A DNA stretch of 64,000 nt, from assembly GCA_049997875.1 (NCBI GenBank), contig JBEKRC010000004.1, positions 8,928 through 72,927 of the forward strand. The letters run 5' to 3'. Source of the DNA: Minisyncoccia bacterium. GTDB lineage: Bacteria > Patescibacteriota > Minisyncoccia > UBA6257 > 2-01-FULL-56-20. Shown piece by piece: positions 28,250 to 36,650 of this stretch. Position numbers and translations under genes: made by a program. The notes under the pieces are model-generated. The model was not told the DNA's origin. It saw nothing but the letters and a program-made list of their open reading frames with translations, and ran no database searches. The number at the start of each line of letters is the position of its first letter. Position 1 is the stretch's first letter.

Positions 28250-28956
28250 GTCTTCCCTTGTGCAATAACGGTCGCGACGAATTGTTCTTCAAGCGGCTTC
28301 CCGGCGCAGAACTTCTTCACCGACCCCGCGTAGAGCAGCCTCCCCTCGTGGATCACGCCCATCTCGTCGCACACCTCCTCAACGTCATAGAGGATATGCG
28401 TGTTCAAAAAGATCTTTCTCCCCTCTTTTTTGAGCGTGAGCATCACCTCTTTCATCTCGCGCCGGCCGAGAGGGTCAAGCCCGTCCAGCGGCTCGTCCAA
28501 AAAAAGATATTCTGGATCGCCCACCAGTGCCTGCGCAAAGCCAAGCCGCTGGCGCATGCCCTTTGAATACGTCCGCACTTCCGCGTTCCTCGCCTCGTAG
28601 ATGCCCGTGCGCTTGAGGAGCGCTTCATAGTGCGCCGTGCGATTTCCCCCGCGCGCGCCCACAAGCTCGTCGCAAAAGCGCATGAACGCGAGCCCCGTCA
28701 TCCGTTCGTAAAAATATGGCGTCTCCGGCATATAGCCCATCCGCCGCTTTGAGGCCACATCGCACGAGGCCTTCCCGTCCAGCATGATCGCCCCTGCGGT
28801 CGGCTGGAGCAATCCCACGATCATTTTCATGACCGTCGTCTTCCCCGCCCCGTTCTGGCCGAGAAATCCGAAAATAGGCACGTCCACCGCGAGCGAAAAA
28901 TCGTCCACTACGTTCCGCTTTTTGTAGGTCTTTGTGAGATGGGAAAATTCAACCAT
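28246..28956 (-). CDS. ABC transporter ATP-binding protein
   Basis: Walker A GQNGAGKTT, signature-region LSGG-like segment, Walker B LFLDEP; ATG at 28956 (MVEFSHLTKTY). Confidence 0.85.
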   Translation of the reverse strand: MVEFSHLTKTYKKRNVVDDFSLAVDVPIFGFLGQNGAGKTTVMKMIVGLLQPTAGAIMLDGKASCDVASKRRMGYMPETPYFYERMTGLAFMRFCDELVGARGGNRTAHYEALLKRTGIYEARNAEVRTYSKGMRQRLGFAQALVGDPEYLFLDEPLDGLDPLGRREMKEVMLTLKKEGRKIFLNTHILYDVEEVCDEMGVIHEGRLLYAGSVKKFCAGKPLEEQFVATVIAQGKT

Positions 28957-29725
28957 ATTCCGCCGGGATGCTTTCGTATTTGGTTTTTGTGACAATCACG
29001 TGATCCAGCAAGCTGATGCCGATGATCTTCCCCGCTTCCACGATCTGGCGCGTGATCGCAAGGTCGGCCTCGGAGGGTTTTGACACGCCCGACGGATGGT
29101 TGTGTGCAAGGATTACTGCGGAGGCGGAATACTCAATCGCGGGACGGAACACCTCGCGCGGATGGATAATATTGGAGGTCAAACTGCCAATGGAAATCAC
29201 TTCGTCGTGAACCAGCTGATAGTGGCTATCAAGATAAAGTCCCCGCAGATGCTCCTTCGGCAGGTCGCGCATATCCTTCAAATATTCGTACACCTGATTT
29301 GCGGTCCGGATGATGACCGGCTTTTTCCCGTCGGCTCGGAAAAATCTCCGTCCGAGCTCAAAGCACGCCACCACCTGGCACGCTTTCACGAGCGGGATGC
29401 CGAGGGCTTCCTGTATTTTCTTCGGGTCTTTTTGGTGCACAATGGCGCTCTCACCATATTCCTTAAGAAGCCGGCGCGACATGGCAAGTACACCCTCCTT
29501 TGTGGTGCCTACGTTTAACACTATGGTAAGAAGCTCTGTGACTGACAATGCGCCTGCTCCATACTTCAACAGCTTCTCGCGCGGCTTTTCTTCTGTGGGA
29601 AGGTCGCGTAACCGAAGCACGTATTGTTTCTCTCCCCCATCCAAAATCAAATCGTCCGCACGCTGAACGTAGAGATTGCCGCGCAGTCCAGTGGAAGTGG
29701 TCATGGTTTTACGCCTTGGTTTCAT
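28949..29725 (-). CDS. radC: RadC-like JAB-domain protein (UPF0758)
   Basis: HhH N-terminus and JAMM-like HNHPSG motif. Confidence 0.8.
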   Translation of the reverse strand: MKPRRKTMTTSTGLRGNLYVQRADDLILDGGEKQYVLRLRDLPTEEKPREKLLKYGAGALSVTELLTIVLNVGTTKEGVLAMSRRLLKEYGESAIVHQKDPKKIQEALGIPLVKACQVVACFELGRRFFRADGKKPVIIRTANQVYEYLKDMRDLPKEHLRGLYLDSHYQLVHDEVISIGSLTSNIIHPREVFRPAIEYSASAVILAHNHPSGVSKPSEADLAITRQIVEAGKIIGISLLDHVIVTKTKYESIPAEYG

Positions 29726-29752
29726 TATAGCAAATAGTTATGCTTCATGCCC

Positions 29753-31861
29753 TCACGGTCGGAGCGCGGGCAGAGAAACTACGAACCGGCTGCCCCTTGA
29801 AAGTTCGCTCTCTGCACGGACGGTGCCGCCGTGCGCTTCTATAATCTGCCGACAGATGTCCAATCCAAGGCCCGTGCCGGAAGTGCCGTCCGTTTTGATC
29901 CGATAAAAACGCTCAAAAATATGCGGTAGGTTCTCCGGCGCGACGCCCGAGCCGGTGTCTTCAACAACAATCAGAACATTGCCGCCGTCCGCTTTTCCCA
30001 AAAGCGCTATCCGCCCGCCGCGCGGCGTGTGCTTAAGCGCGTTGCTCACGAAGTTCAGAATCACCTCTTTGAGCTTGTCCCTGTCGCCCGCAACGCGCGC
30101 GGGATCGCTCGCATAGGAAAGAAGTACTCCTTTATTTTCTGCGAGGACAATGCAGTCGTCGTACGCCTCTCCCAAAAGATCTTCCACTATAATTTCCTGT
30201 TTGTGAAGTTTCTCTTTAGAAGAATTTAATCTCACGATGGTAAGAAGGTTATCGGTCGCCCGCGACATCCGTTCAATGGTCTTTGACATCACTCCGAGCG
30301 CCGTCTTGCGATTCCCCTTCCGACTCCCTTCCAAAATCTCCATGTTGCCCTTGAGGATGGCAACTGGGGTCTGCAGTTCATGCGACGCGTCGGTGATAAA
30401 CTTGGCTTGCGCTTCCTGCATGACGCGTACCTCTTCCGTGCGCTCCGCGACGCGCATCTCCATCTCCTCGCCATAACGCCGCGCCTCTTCGTAAAGGCGT
30501 GCGTTTTCTATCGCCATCCCCGCCTGATGGGCAAGGACCCCAAGAAGCTCAATATCCTTTGACCTGAAAATATCGCCGGAGAGCTTCTTCCCCAAGAGCA
30601 TCACGGCCGCCGTCTTACCTCGCACCATAAACGGTACGGCTGCGCCAATTTTGAGCTTCTCCGCACACGCGAGCGTGGTGCGACGCTCGGTCTCCGACAC
30701 ACCTTGCCCACTCTCCCATCTCCCCTCCCATTCCTGGAGAAGAAACTGATCCGTTTTTTTCTCAAAAATATTCACGCAAACATCTTCGTACTCCCGCTCA
30801 AGAAACGACTCATCGACCCCGTGAAAAAACGCACGGACCTTCCGCTTATCGGGGGCATCGTATGAAAATACGCTTCTTTCCGGTTTTATCGTCCGCATAA
30901 GGAACGTGTCCAAGGATTGCAAGAGGACCGCAAGGTCAATGGTTGAATGCAAGAGCCGCCCGAGCTCCCGGACCGCGGCCGTATAATCGTAATCATTGCG
31001 GAAAAAGAAACGATCGGTCACGCGCTCAAAGAAACGCCGGAACCAGACGAAGCCGAACGCGCCCACGATGGCCGCCGCGACGTCGTCGGCCCATCCCTCG
31101 GTTTGCGTGAACATCCTCACTATAAAATCTATCCCGAAGAAAATGCACGCAATGAGGCCGATGGAAAACGCGTACAGGAGCCCGCGCTGGACAACGATGC
31201 GGATATCCATGAACTGATGCCGCACGATGGCATACGCCGTGCTTGCAATAAAGACGATGGAAAAGAGCGGGCCGAGAAGATTGAATTCCACGATACCAAA
31301 AAGAGGAAGAAATGTATTGGAAAGGAACGCGAGGAAAAGGAATGCGCACGCGCCCGCCGCGAAATAGCGCATCTGCACGCGATGGATGCCGCGGAGGCAG
31401 CGGTACTTCCGAACCATCGTAACGATGCTCCATGCGATGTAAGCGCCGACCACGAACCCGAAAAGCGGGAAGAGCGGGCCATGCTGAGGTTCCAGATATC
31501 CCGCAGCATTGAACCGAGCGGCGCGAATGAACGCGCCGAACGGCGTAAGCAATACGAGGCCGAACCACGGCAAGAGCAAAAACAAGAAGCGCTTACGAAG
31601 AGGCCTGCTTTCGGGGAAAACTTCCGCAAGTAAAACAAAACCCAGGACCACGATCTCGCCGCTCCAGAATGCGGCGATCGCGGGCCAAAATTGTCCCGTG
31701 AGAGGAACGAGCATCATGCTCGCGCTCCACCCCACGATGCCGAGCGTGAAAACGAAGAATGAGCGATGGACGATCCCCCGCGGATTTTTCAGGAACACAT
31801 ATATGCCGATGCCGAGATTGAGGCCGTCTATGACGATGTGCGTGACAAGTTCCAAAAGCAT
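29753..31861 (-). CDS. Sensor histidine kinase with 7-8 TM N-terminal domain, GAF-like region, HisKA and HATPase
   Basis: H-box ASHELQTPVAILKGNMEIL, N/G1/G2 boxes (NALKHT, DTGSGV, GTGLGL); 702 aa. Confidence 0.85.
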   Translation of the reverse strand: MLLELVTHIVIDGLNLGIGIYVFLKNPRGIVHRSFFVFTLGIVGWSASMMLVPLTGQFWPAIAAFWSGEIVVLGFVLLAEVFPESRPLRKRFLFLLLPWFGLVLLTPFGAFIRAARFNAAGYLEPQHGPLFPLFGFVVGAYIAWSIVTMVRKYRCLRGIHRVQMRYFAAGACAFLFLAFLSNTFLPLFGIVEFNLLGPLFSIVFIASTAYAIVRHQFMDIRIVVQRGLLYAFSIGLIACIFFGIDFIVRMFTQTEGWADDVAAAIVGAFGFVWFRRFFERVTDRFFFRNDYDYTAAVRELGRLLHSTIDLAVLLQSLDTFLMRTIKPERSVFSYDAPDKRKVRAFFHGVDESFLEREYEDVCVNIFEKKTDQFLLQEWEGRWESGQGVSETERRTTLACAEKLKIGAAVPFMVRGKTAAVMLLGKKLSGDIFRSKDIELLGVLAHQAGMAIENARLYEEARRYGEEMEMRVAERTEEVRVMQEAQAKFITDASHELQTPVAILKGNMEILEGSRKGNRKTALGVMSKTIERMSRATDNLLTIVRLNSSKEKLHKQEIIVEDLLGEAYDDCIVLAENKGVLLSYASDPARVAGDRDKLKEVILNFVSNALKHTPRGGRIALLGKADGGNVLIVVEDTGSGVAPENLPHIFERFYRIKTDGTSGTGLGLDICRQIIEAHGGTVRAESELSRGSRFVVSLPALRP

Positions 31862-31924
31862 TGTATTAAAGATACCAAATTGATTGGCAAATCGGCTCCG
31901 ACATGTGCCGGAGCCGATTGATCA

Positions 31925-32506
31925 TTATGGCGGAGAAAAACGAACCTTCCCTTGCGCGATAAGCGTTTCCGTCCTCCCGCGAAGTACGCGTTCGGCGGAA
32001 AGGAGCGCAATGGCGGCAGGGATAGGAGCGGGAGGCAGAAGATAGTAAGGACGAACACTTTTGGGAATTCGCTCCAAAACGGGCCTCCCCGAAAGCCTGA
32101 AGATCCGGATGCCCATGCGCGAGAATCGCCGCGCAACCTGCGGTTTGATCTCCCCTATGCCCCATTCGCGGCCTTTACAGATGGCGTACTGAATTGCGGT
32201 ATATACGAGTGCCTCGGAAAGCTCCGGTACCGTGGTGACCCAGCGCCCCAATTGCGCAACTTTCGCGCGATCGAACACGCCCGGGAATGATCCGTAATCC
32301 AGCGTGTATGTTTCTTCAAGAGGAAGCGGCTCCCCCGCGCTCAAGGAAAGCGCCATGGCTCCCACAAGTTCGCCATCACGCCATCCCACGAACACAAGCT
32401 CCGGCAATTCGTGAGGATCGCAACGATATTGTATATGCATCGCTTGCTGGACGAACAAGGCAACCTTGTTTCTTTCATATTCGTTCATTCGGCGTATCAT
32501 AATCAC
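31925..32506 (-). CDS. GNAT-fold N-acyltransferase of the N-acyl-amino-acid-synthase / thermostable-hemolysin-like type (Acetyltransf_5-like)
   Basis: Segment VGWRDGELVGAMALSL...AKVAQLGRWVT...ALVYTAIQYAICKGREWGIGEI...RFSRMGIRIFRL resembles the NAS family pattern (W.DGELVG..RL ... vaElsRlav ... qya). The start abuts the E1-like stop, suggesting translational coupling. Confidence 0.45.
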   Translation of the reverse strand: MIMIRRMNEYERNKVALFVQQAMHIQYRCDPHELPELVFVGWRDGELVGAMALSLSAGEPLPLEETYTLDYGSFPGVFDRAKVAQLGRWVTTVPELSEALVYTAIQYAICKGREWGIGEIKPQVARRFSRMGIRIFRLSGRPVLERIPKSVRPYYLLPPAPIPAAIALLSAERVLRGRTETLIAQGKVRFSPP

Positions 32507-33487
32507 TTACCACCACCTCCCTTTTACAACCTTTGTTTCCATCTTTGCGGCATCGAAATAACAGTAGCCCGGCATCTCGGGAATTTCTGCGATAACGCGC
32601 CTTATCCCGGAATTCGCAATGAGAGCGAGCAGCGCGCGATTGGCAGCGAAGCCGCAGGCGAACGGCGGGTTGGTTGCAATGACCGAGCCGCATCCCTCTT
32701 CACGCAACCGCCTTTCCGTGAAATCGCGGTTTTTTATCGGCGAATCGTCCGCGCAATACTCCGGCCATTCAGAGCAGAAGCTCCGCGTGACCGCGCGCAT
32801 AACTCGCATTACTTCTTCCGGTCGCGCATTCCGGCTTCGCATCTTCCGCTCAAGATCAACCGCCTCCTCGTACTCAAAACCGAGACATTCTTCCACGGTC
32901 ATGCTGCGCGGCGTGAAAAGGAAAAGCTGCGCGCCGAAGCCGACGGCGCTGCAAACGAAGACGGGGATGCCGAGCTCCCGCGCGGCCCGGTGCAACAATA
33001 TCCGCGAACCGATGCACCAAAATTCAATTTCGTCGCAGAGCGCGTGACAGCCGTGCAGAAAATCAAAAACGGTGTTCTCGGAAATACCCGTGGGATACGC
33101 AACCACGATTGTGTCGTCGGCAATCGCGCGCATCATCTTCGCCGTTTCAAGCGCTTTTGATTTTCCGATGGTAAACCGAGTTGCCCCAGACTGCCTGTTG
33201 ATGTTTGAGATTTCGAAAACCTCGTTGTCGGCAATGCGAATCTCTCCCACGCCGAGGCGCAGGAACGCTTCCGCAAGTTCGCCACCCATGCCGCCGCAGC
33301 CCGCGATGGCGATGGCGGAACTCCGGACGATATCTTGTTCGTCCTGCGTGATCCATCCAATGTTGCGATCCGTACGTTCGTGATAGTAGCTTTCATTGAA
33401 TTGCCTTGGTAAAAGCCGGTATGCAATCCCTTTGTACGCTGCCTCCGGAATATCGTGACAATCTATTGTGCTTGTTTGATTTGCCAT
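32507..33487 (-). CDS. E1-like ThiF/MoeB/HesA-family adenylyltransferase
   Basis: Rossmann nucleotide motif IAIAGCGGMGGELAEAFLRLGVGEIRIADNEVFEISNINRQ, plus four C-terminal Cys (CSEWPEYC...C...C). The ATG at 33487 has AAGGAGA 6 nt upstream; alternatively a GTG at 33550 with GGGAGG 10 nt upstream. Confidence 0.7.
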   Translation of the reverse strand: MANQTSTIDCHDIPEAAYKGIAYRLLPRQFNESYYHERTDRNIGWITQDEQDIVRSSAIAIAGCGGMGGELAEAFLRLGVGEIRIADNEVFEISNINRQSGATRFTIGKSKALETAKMMRAIADDTIVVAYPTGISENTVFDFLHGCHALCDEIEFWCIGSRILLHRAARELGIPVFVCSAVGFGAQLFLFTPRSMTVEECLGFEYEEAVDLERKMRSRNARPEEVMRVMRAVTRSFCSEWPEYCADDSPIKNRDFTERRLREEGCGSVIATNPPFACGFAANRALLALIANSGIRRVIAEIPEMPGYCYFDAAKMETKVVKGRWW

Positions 33488-33603
33488 ACGTTTCTCCTTT
33501 TTTGACATACACCCGAACTTCAAGGTGCTCCTCGGAGGATGGCACAACACCCATTAAAATCCTCCCAAATAAAGATTAAATTTTTATTAAAAGAAATTTG
33601 CGG

Positions 33604-33635
33604 TTAACAATTATTTAATGTTCAGTGAGTATAAT
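33604..33635 (+). promoter_or_regulatory. Putative sigma70-like promoter: perfect -10 TATAAT (33630..33635) with a weak -35 (TTAACA)
   Basis: Sequence only; the -10 lies 7 nt upstream of the in-frame ATG at 33642, implying a leaderless hicB-like mRNA. Confidence 0.4.
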
Positions 33636-33641
33636 ATCCCC

Positions 33642-33878
33642 ATGACGATAGCAATTGAAAACAAGGTCGGTCTGCCGCATATTCAAAGTATGCCGAAGCG
33701 GGAATACACAGCGGTATATAAAAAAGAGGGGCGTTGGATCATCGCCTGGATTGAAGAAGTGCCGGGAGCGCACACTCAAGGACGCACTATGGAGGAGGCA
33801 AAAGAAAACCTCCGTGAAGCGCTTACGCTTATCCTTGAGGAGAACAAAAAGATGGCATCTTCAAAAACGCACCTATAA
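33642..33878 (+). CDS. hicB: HicB-family (UPF0150) antitoxin-like protein with no adjacent HicA
   Basis: EYTAVYKKEGRWIIAWIEEVPGAHTQGRTMEEAKENLREALTLILEE matches the HicB/UPF0150 core. Possible starts are 33618 (track), 33642 (leaderless, preferred) or 33690. Confidence 0.6.
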   Translation: MTIAIENKVGLPHIQSMPKREYTAVYKKEGRWIIAWIEEVPGAHTQGRTMEEAKENLREALTLILEENKKMASSKTHL

Positions 33879-33895
33879 TTGATATCCTTAACTCA

Positions 33896-34432
33896 ATGCC
33901 TGGTCTTACCATTAACATTAGTTGGGAATATTTCCTCGGCATAATGGCGGCCTTAATTTTGGGCGCATGGTATACGAATGGACGTTTTACTGCCATAGAA
34001 ACGTCTATTCAATGGCTCAAAGATACAATCAACAACTTGAAGACGGCTAGCGACAATGCGAGCATTCCCGCCTATAGCTCTCGTTCCCCCGTGAGGCTTA
34101 ATGCGACGGGAGAAAGCTGGTTGCAAGAAAGTGGGTTAAAAGAATATATAGGCACTCATAAGAAAGATTTAACAAACATTTGCGAAGAAAAAAGAGAAAG
34201 CAACCCCTACGAAGTACAGGAGCATATTTTTAAAATGTTTGATACGATGGTGCTTGAACAAACTTTTGAGAATAAATTAAAGAAATTTGCTTTTGAAAAA
34301 GGGACAACTTTGAACGTCTTGAGGAGAGTAGGAGCTATTTATTTTCGTGATTTGTGTTTAAGCGAATTTGGGATGAAACAAGAGGATATTGATAAAAATG
34401 ATCCAGAAAAAGGTAGCGGTGCAAAAAAGTGA
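33896..34432 (+). CDS. Hypothetical protein with N-terminal TM helix (178 aa), AT-rich
   Basis: Single N-terminal hydrophobic helix then a charged globular region; no known motif; 18 nt downstream of the HicB-like gene. Confidence 0.4.
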   Translation: MPGLTINISWEYFLGIMAALILGAWYTNGRFTAIETSIQWLKDTINNLKTASDNASIPAYSSRSPVRLNATGESWLQESGLKEYIGTHKKDLTNICEEKRESNPYEVQEHIFKMFDTMVLEQTFENKLKKFAFEKGTTLNVLRRVGAIYFRDLCLSEFGMKQEDIDKNDPEKGSGAKK

Positions 34433-34510
34433 CGGCGGTACCAAGGCATCCGGAAATCAATATCTTCCTCTCCAAAAAAATCTGTAAAGATATTCAAATT
34501 CCCGATCTCC

Positions 34511-35485
34511 CTACCGCCCGATGAGCTTCTTAAACTCCTCCACCATCGGCACCTCGTCGGGTTCAACGCCGTAGAGCTTCGCGGTGTAATACGCCGTCCA
34601 GTCGGCGAGGTTGAGCGCGGTGAATATCTTATGGAGCTCGTTTTTGCCCTGGAGGAGGACAACTTCCACCTTGAAGCCGCGGTCTTTGTAGAGCTTCTCC
34701 AAAACACTCATGCGCTTTGTGATGCGCCGGTCGTCGCCGCCGTCTTTCAGGAATACAAAGTGGAAATGGCGCGAAAGCGGCGCGGTGCGTTCCTTCGCGT
34801 CAAAACCGGTCATTTCGTTATGGTTCAGTTCGGGAACCACATTGCAAAATGCGGGAATTTTTCCCGTTTCGTTGAACTTTATCTTCCAGTTATACGCGAC
34901 CGTGGCATTGCGGAGCGACGCATAGATCACCGGCACCGATCCGTGCAGCCGCTTCGCGAGCTCGCGGCCACGATACTCTTCCCGTACGGGATGCAGCGTG
35001 GTCGCAAGTTCCCGCGCTTCCCATAGCCAGGTCTTCTCTCCTATAAGCGCGAGGGTTCCCATGAGCATAAGCCCCGTGGACATCCGTGGCTGTGCGTGGA
35101 AATCGGGGACCTGCACATAGGGCAGCTTAAGCTTCTGCGCAAGCGCGATCAATTTCCCGCGCGTGGCGATCACGGCCAAAGGAAGATGTTTTGCCCGCGT
35201 CATGTTGAATGCATCAATCGGCTCCTCGGTATTCCCGGAGTATGAACTTGCGATGACGAGCCGCTCTTTAAGATCCTTCTCATGGAGCGGCGGAAGACCG
35301 TAATTTGACCAACTAACGATATCCAACCCCGGGTGCCACGCCCTTATGATATCTGCCGCAAGGTGCGACCCGCCCATGCCAACTACTACGAACTTGGTGA
35401 ATTTCCGTTTCAGTTTTGCGGCATTTTCTACCTTCGGCTCATATGCGAACTGCTTCGCACAATTTTTGATATCGTCCAGCATCAT
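34511..35485 (-). CDS. Bifunctional phosphoglucose/phosphomannose isomerase (archaeal-type PGI/PMI, SIS domain)
   Basis: VVVGMGGSHLAADI SIS nucleotide loop, the family's characteristic length (324 aa) and conserved C-terminal region. Confidence 0.7.
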   Translation of the reverse strand: MMLDDIKNCAKQFAYEPKVENAAKLKRKFTKFVVVGMGGSHLAADIIRAWHPGLDIVSWSNYGLPPLHEKDLKERLVIASSYSGNTEEPIDAFNMTRAKHLPLAVIATRGKLIALAQKLKLPYVQVPDFHAQPRMSTGLMLMGTLALIGEKTWLWEARELATTLHPVREEYRGRELAKRLHGSVPVIYASLRNATVAYNWKIKFNETGKIPAFCNVVPELNHNEMTGFDAKERTAPLSRHFHFVFLKDGGDDRRITKRMSVLEKLYKDRGFKVEVVLLQGKNELHKIFTALNLADWTAYYTAKLYGVEPDEVPMVEEFKKLIGR

Positions 35486-35522
35486 GCTTCCAGTATAAAT
35501 CTTTCTGGGTTACACTGAAAGC

Positions 35523-36650
35523 ATGAAACGGTGCATTCTTGTGGTCTTCGGCGGCATATCGGCGGAGCATGAAGTTTCGGTCGTGACGGGTCTCCAGGCC
35601 CTGGAAAACGTTGACACGGGCGTTTATGAGCCGCTTGCGGTGTACATAGACAAGGCAGGGAAATTCCTCTGCCTCCCCGGCCTCCGGGACCGCCGCAAGT
35701 TTCTCACTGCGGCGCGGAGGGCCTTCACGTTCGGCAGGGACGCGAACGGCGGTTTCATAAAAATAAAAGGTACGTTGCGGAAGATCTATCCCTATGCCGC
35801 ATACCTCGCGCTGCACGGCGGACAGGGGGAATCCGGCCCCGTGCAAGGGCTGCTTGAAGCCGTGGGCATCCCCTTCACCTCCCCTGACCAGGAAGCATCG
35901 GTCGTCATGATGAACAAGGAACTCACGAAGGAGACGGCGAGCAGGGCCGGCATTGACGTCGTGCCGGGGATGGACCTTTTTTCGTCCGAGATCAAAGCGG
36001 GCTCCGAGCAGTGCGCAAAAAAAATTGCTGCCCGCGTTGGCCTTCCTGTCATCGTGAAGCCCGTGCATCTCGGTTCAAGCATCGGCATCAAAATCGCCCG
36101 CACGGAGGTGGAGTTGGAAAAATCCCTCCTTGAAGCGGCCCTGATGGACAAGGAGATCCTTGTGGAAAAATGCTTGTCTTCTTTTGTGGAATACAACTGC
36201 GCGGTGCGGCTCCTGCACGGCAATATTGAGGCGAGCGAAGTGGAACGGCCTCTTCCAAAGGAGGAAATCTTGAGCTTTGCGGACAAATACGAGCGCGGAG
36301 GAAAAAAGATGCAGGGAGGCATGGCGTCGCAGAACCGCGAACTTCCCGCAATAATTGAGGACGTCTTGAAGCAAAAAATACAGGAACTGGCGAAGAAGGC
36401 GTTCGTCGCGTGCCGCGGCAAAGGCATGATCCGGGCGGACTTCATGTACACGAGCGACCACAAACTCTACCTTACGGAATTGAATCCCATCCCGGGCTCT
36501 ATGGCGTTCCACCTTTGGGAAGCGAGCGGGATCCCCTTCAAACAGCAGATTTCCGACCTCATTGAGCAAGCGGTGGAAGATGCGGAACGCGCAAGCCACC
36601 TGCATCTTGATTACAAGACCGACATCGTGGAACGGTTCGTCGATCAGTAA
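35523..36650 (+). CDS. ddl: D-alanine--D-alanine ligase
   Basis: ATP-grasp; N-terminal ILVVFGGISAEHEVS, C-terminal LTELNPIPGS. Confidence 0.9.
   Translation: MKRCILVVFGGISAEHEVSVVTGLQALENVDTGVYEPLAVYIDKAGKFLCLPGLRDRRKFLTAARRAFTFGRDANGGFIKIKGTLRKIYPYAAYLALHGGQGESGPVQGLLEAVGIPFTSPDQEASVVMMNKELTKETASRAGIDVVPGMDLFSSEIKAGSEQCAKKIAARVGLPVIVKPVHLGSSIGIKIARTEVELEKSLLEAALMDKEILVEKCLSSFVEYNCAVRLLHGNIEASEVERPLPKEEILSFADKYERGGKKMQGGMASQNRELPAIIEDVLKQKIQELAKKAFVACRGKGMIRADFMYTSDHKLYLTELNPIPGSMAFHLWEASGIPFKQQISDLIEQAVEDAERASHLHLDYKTDIVERFVDQ

Noticed and set aside
30947-31633. 228-aa plus-strand ORF inside the histidine-kinase gene
   Set aside because: Antisense to the membrane domain of the kinase; Glu/Arg low-complexity.
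32411-33160. 249-aa plus-strand ORF
   Set aside because: Antisense to the E1-like and GNAT genes; no motifs.
33393-33554. 53-aa minus-strand ORF with strong RBS overlapping the start of the E1-like gene
   Set aside because: Not reported as a feature because it overlaps the E1 gene out of frame by ~95 nt; the GGGAGG may simply serve a GTG start of the E1 gene. Kept as a hypothesis within the E1/GNAT finding.
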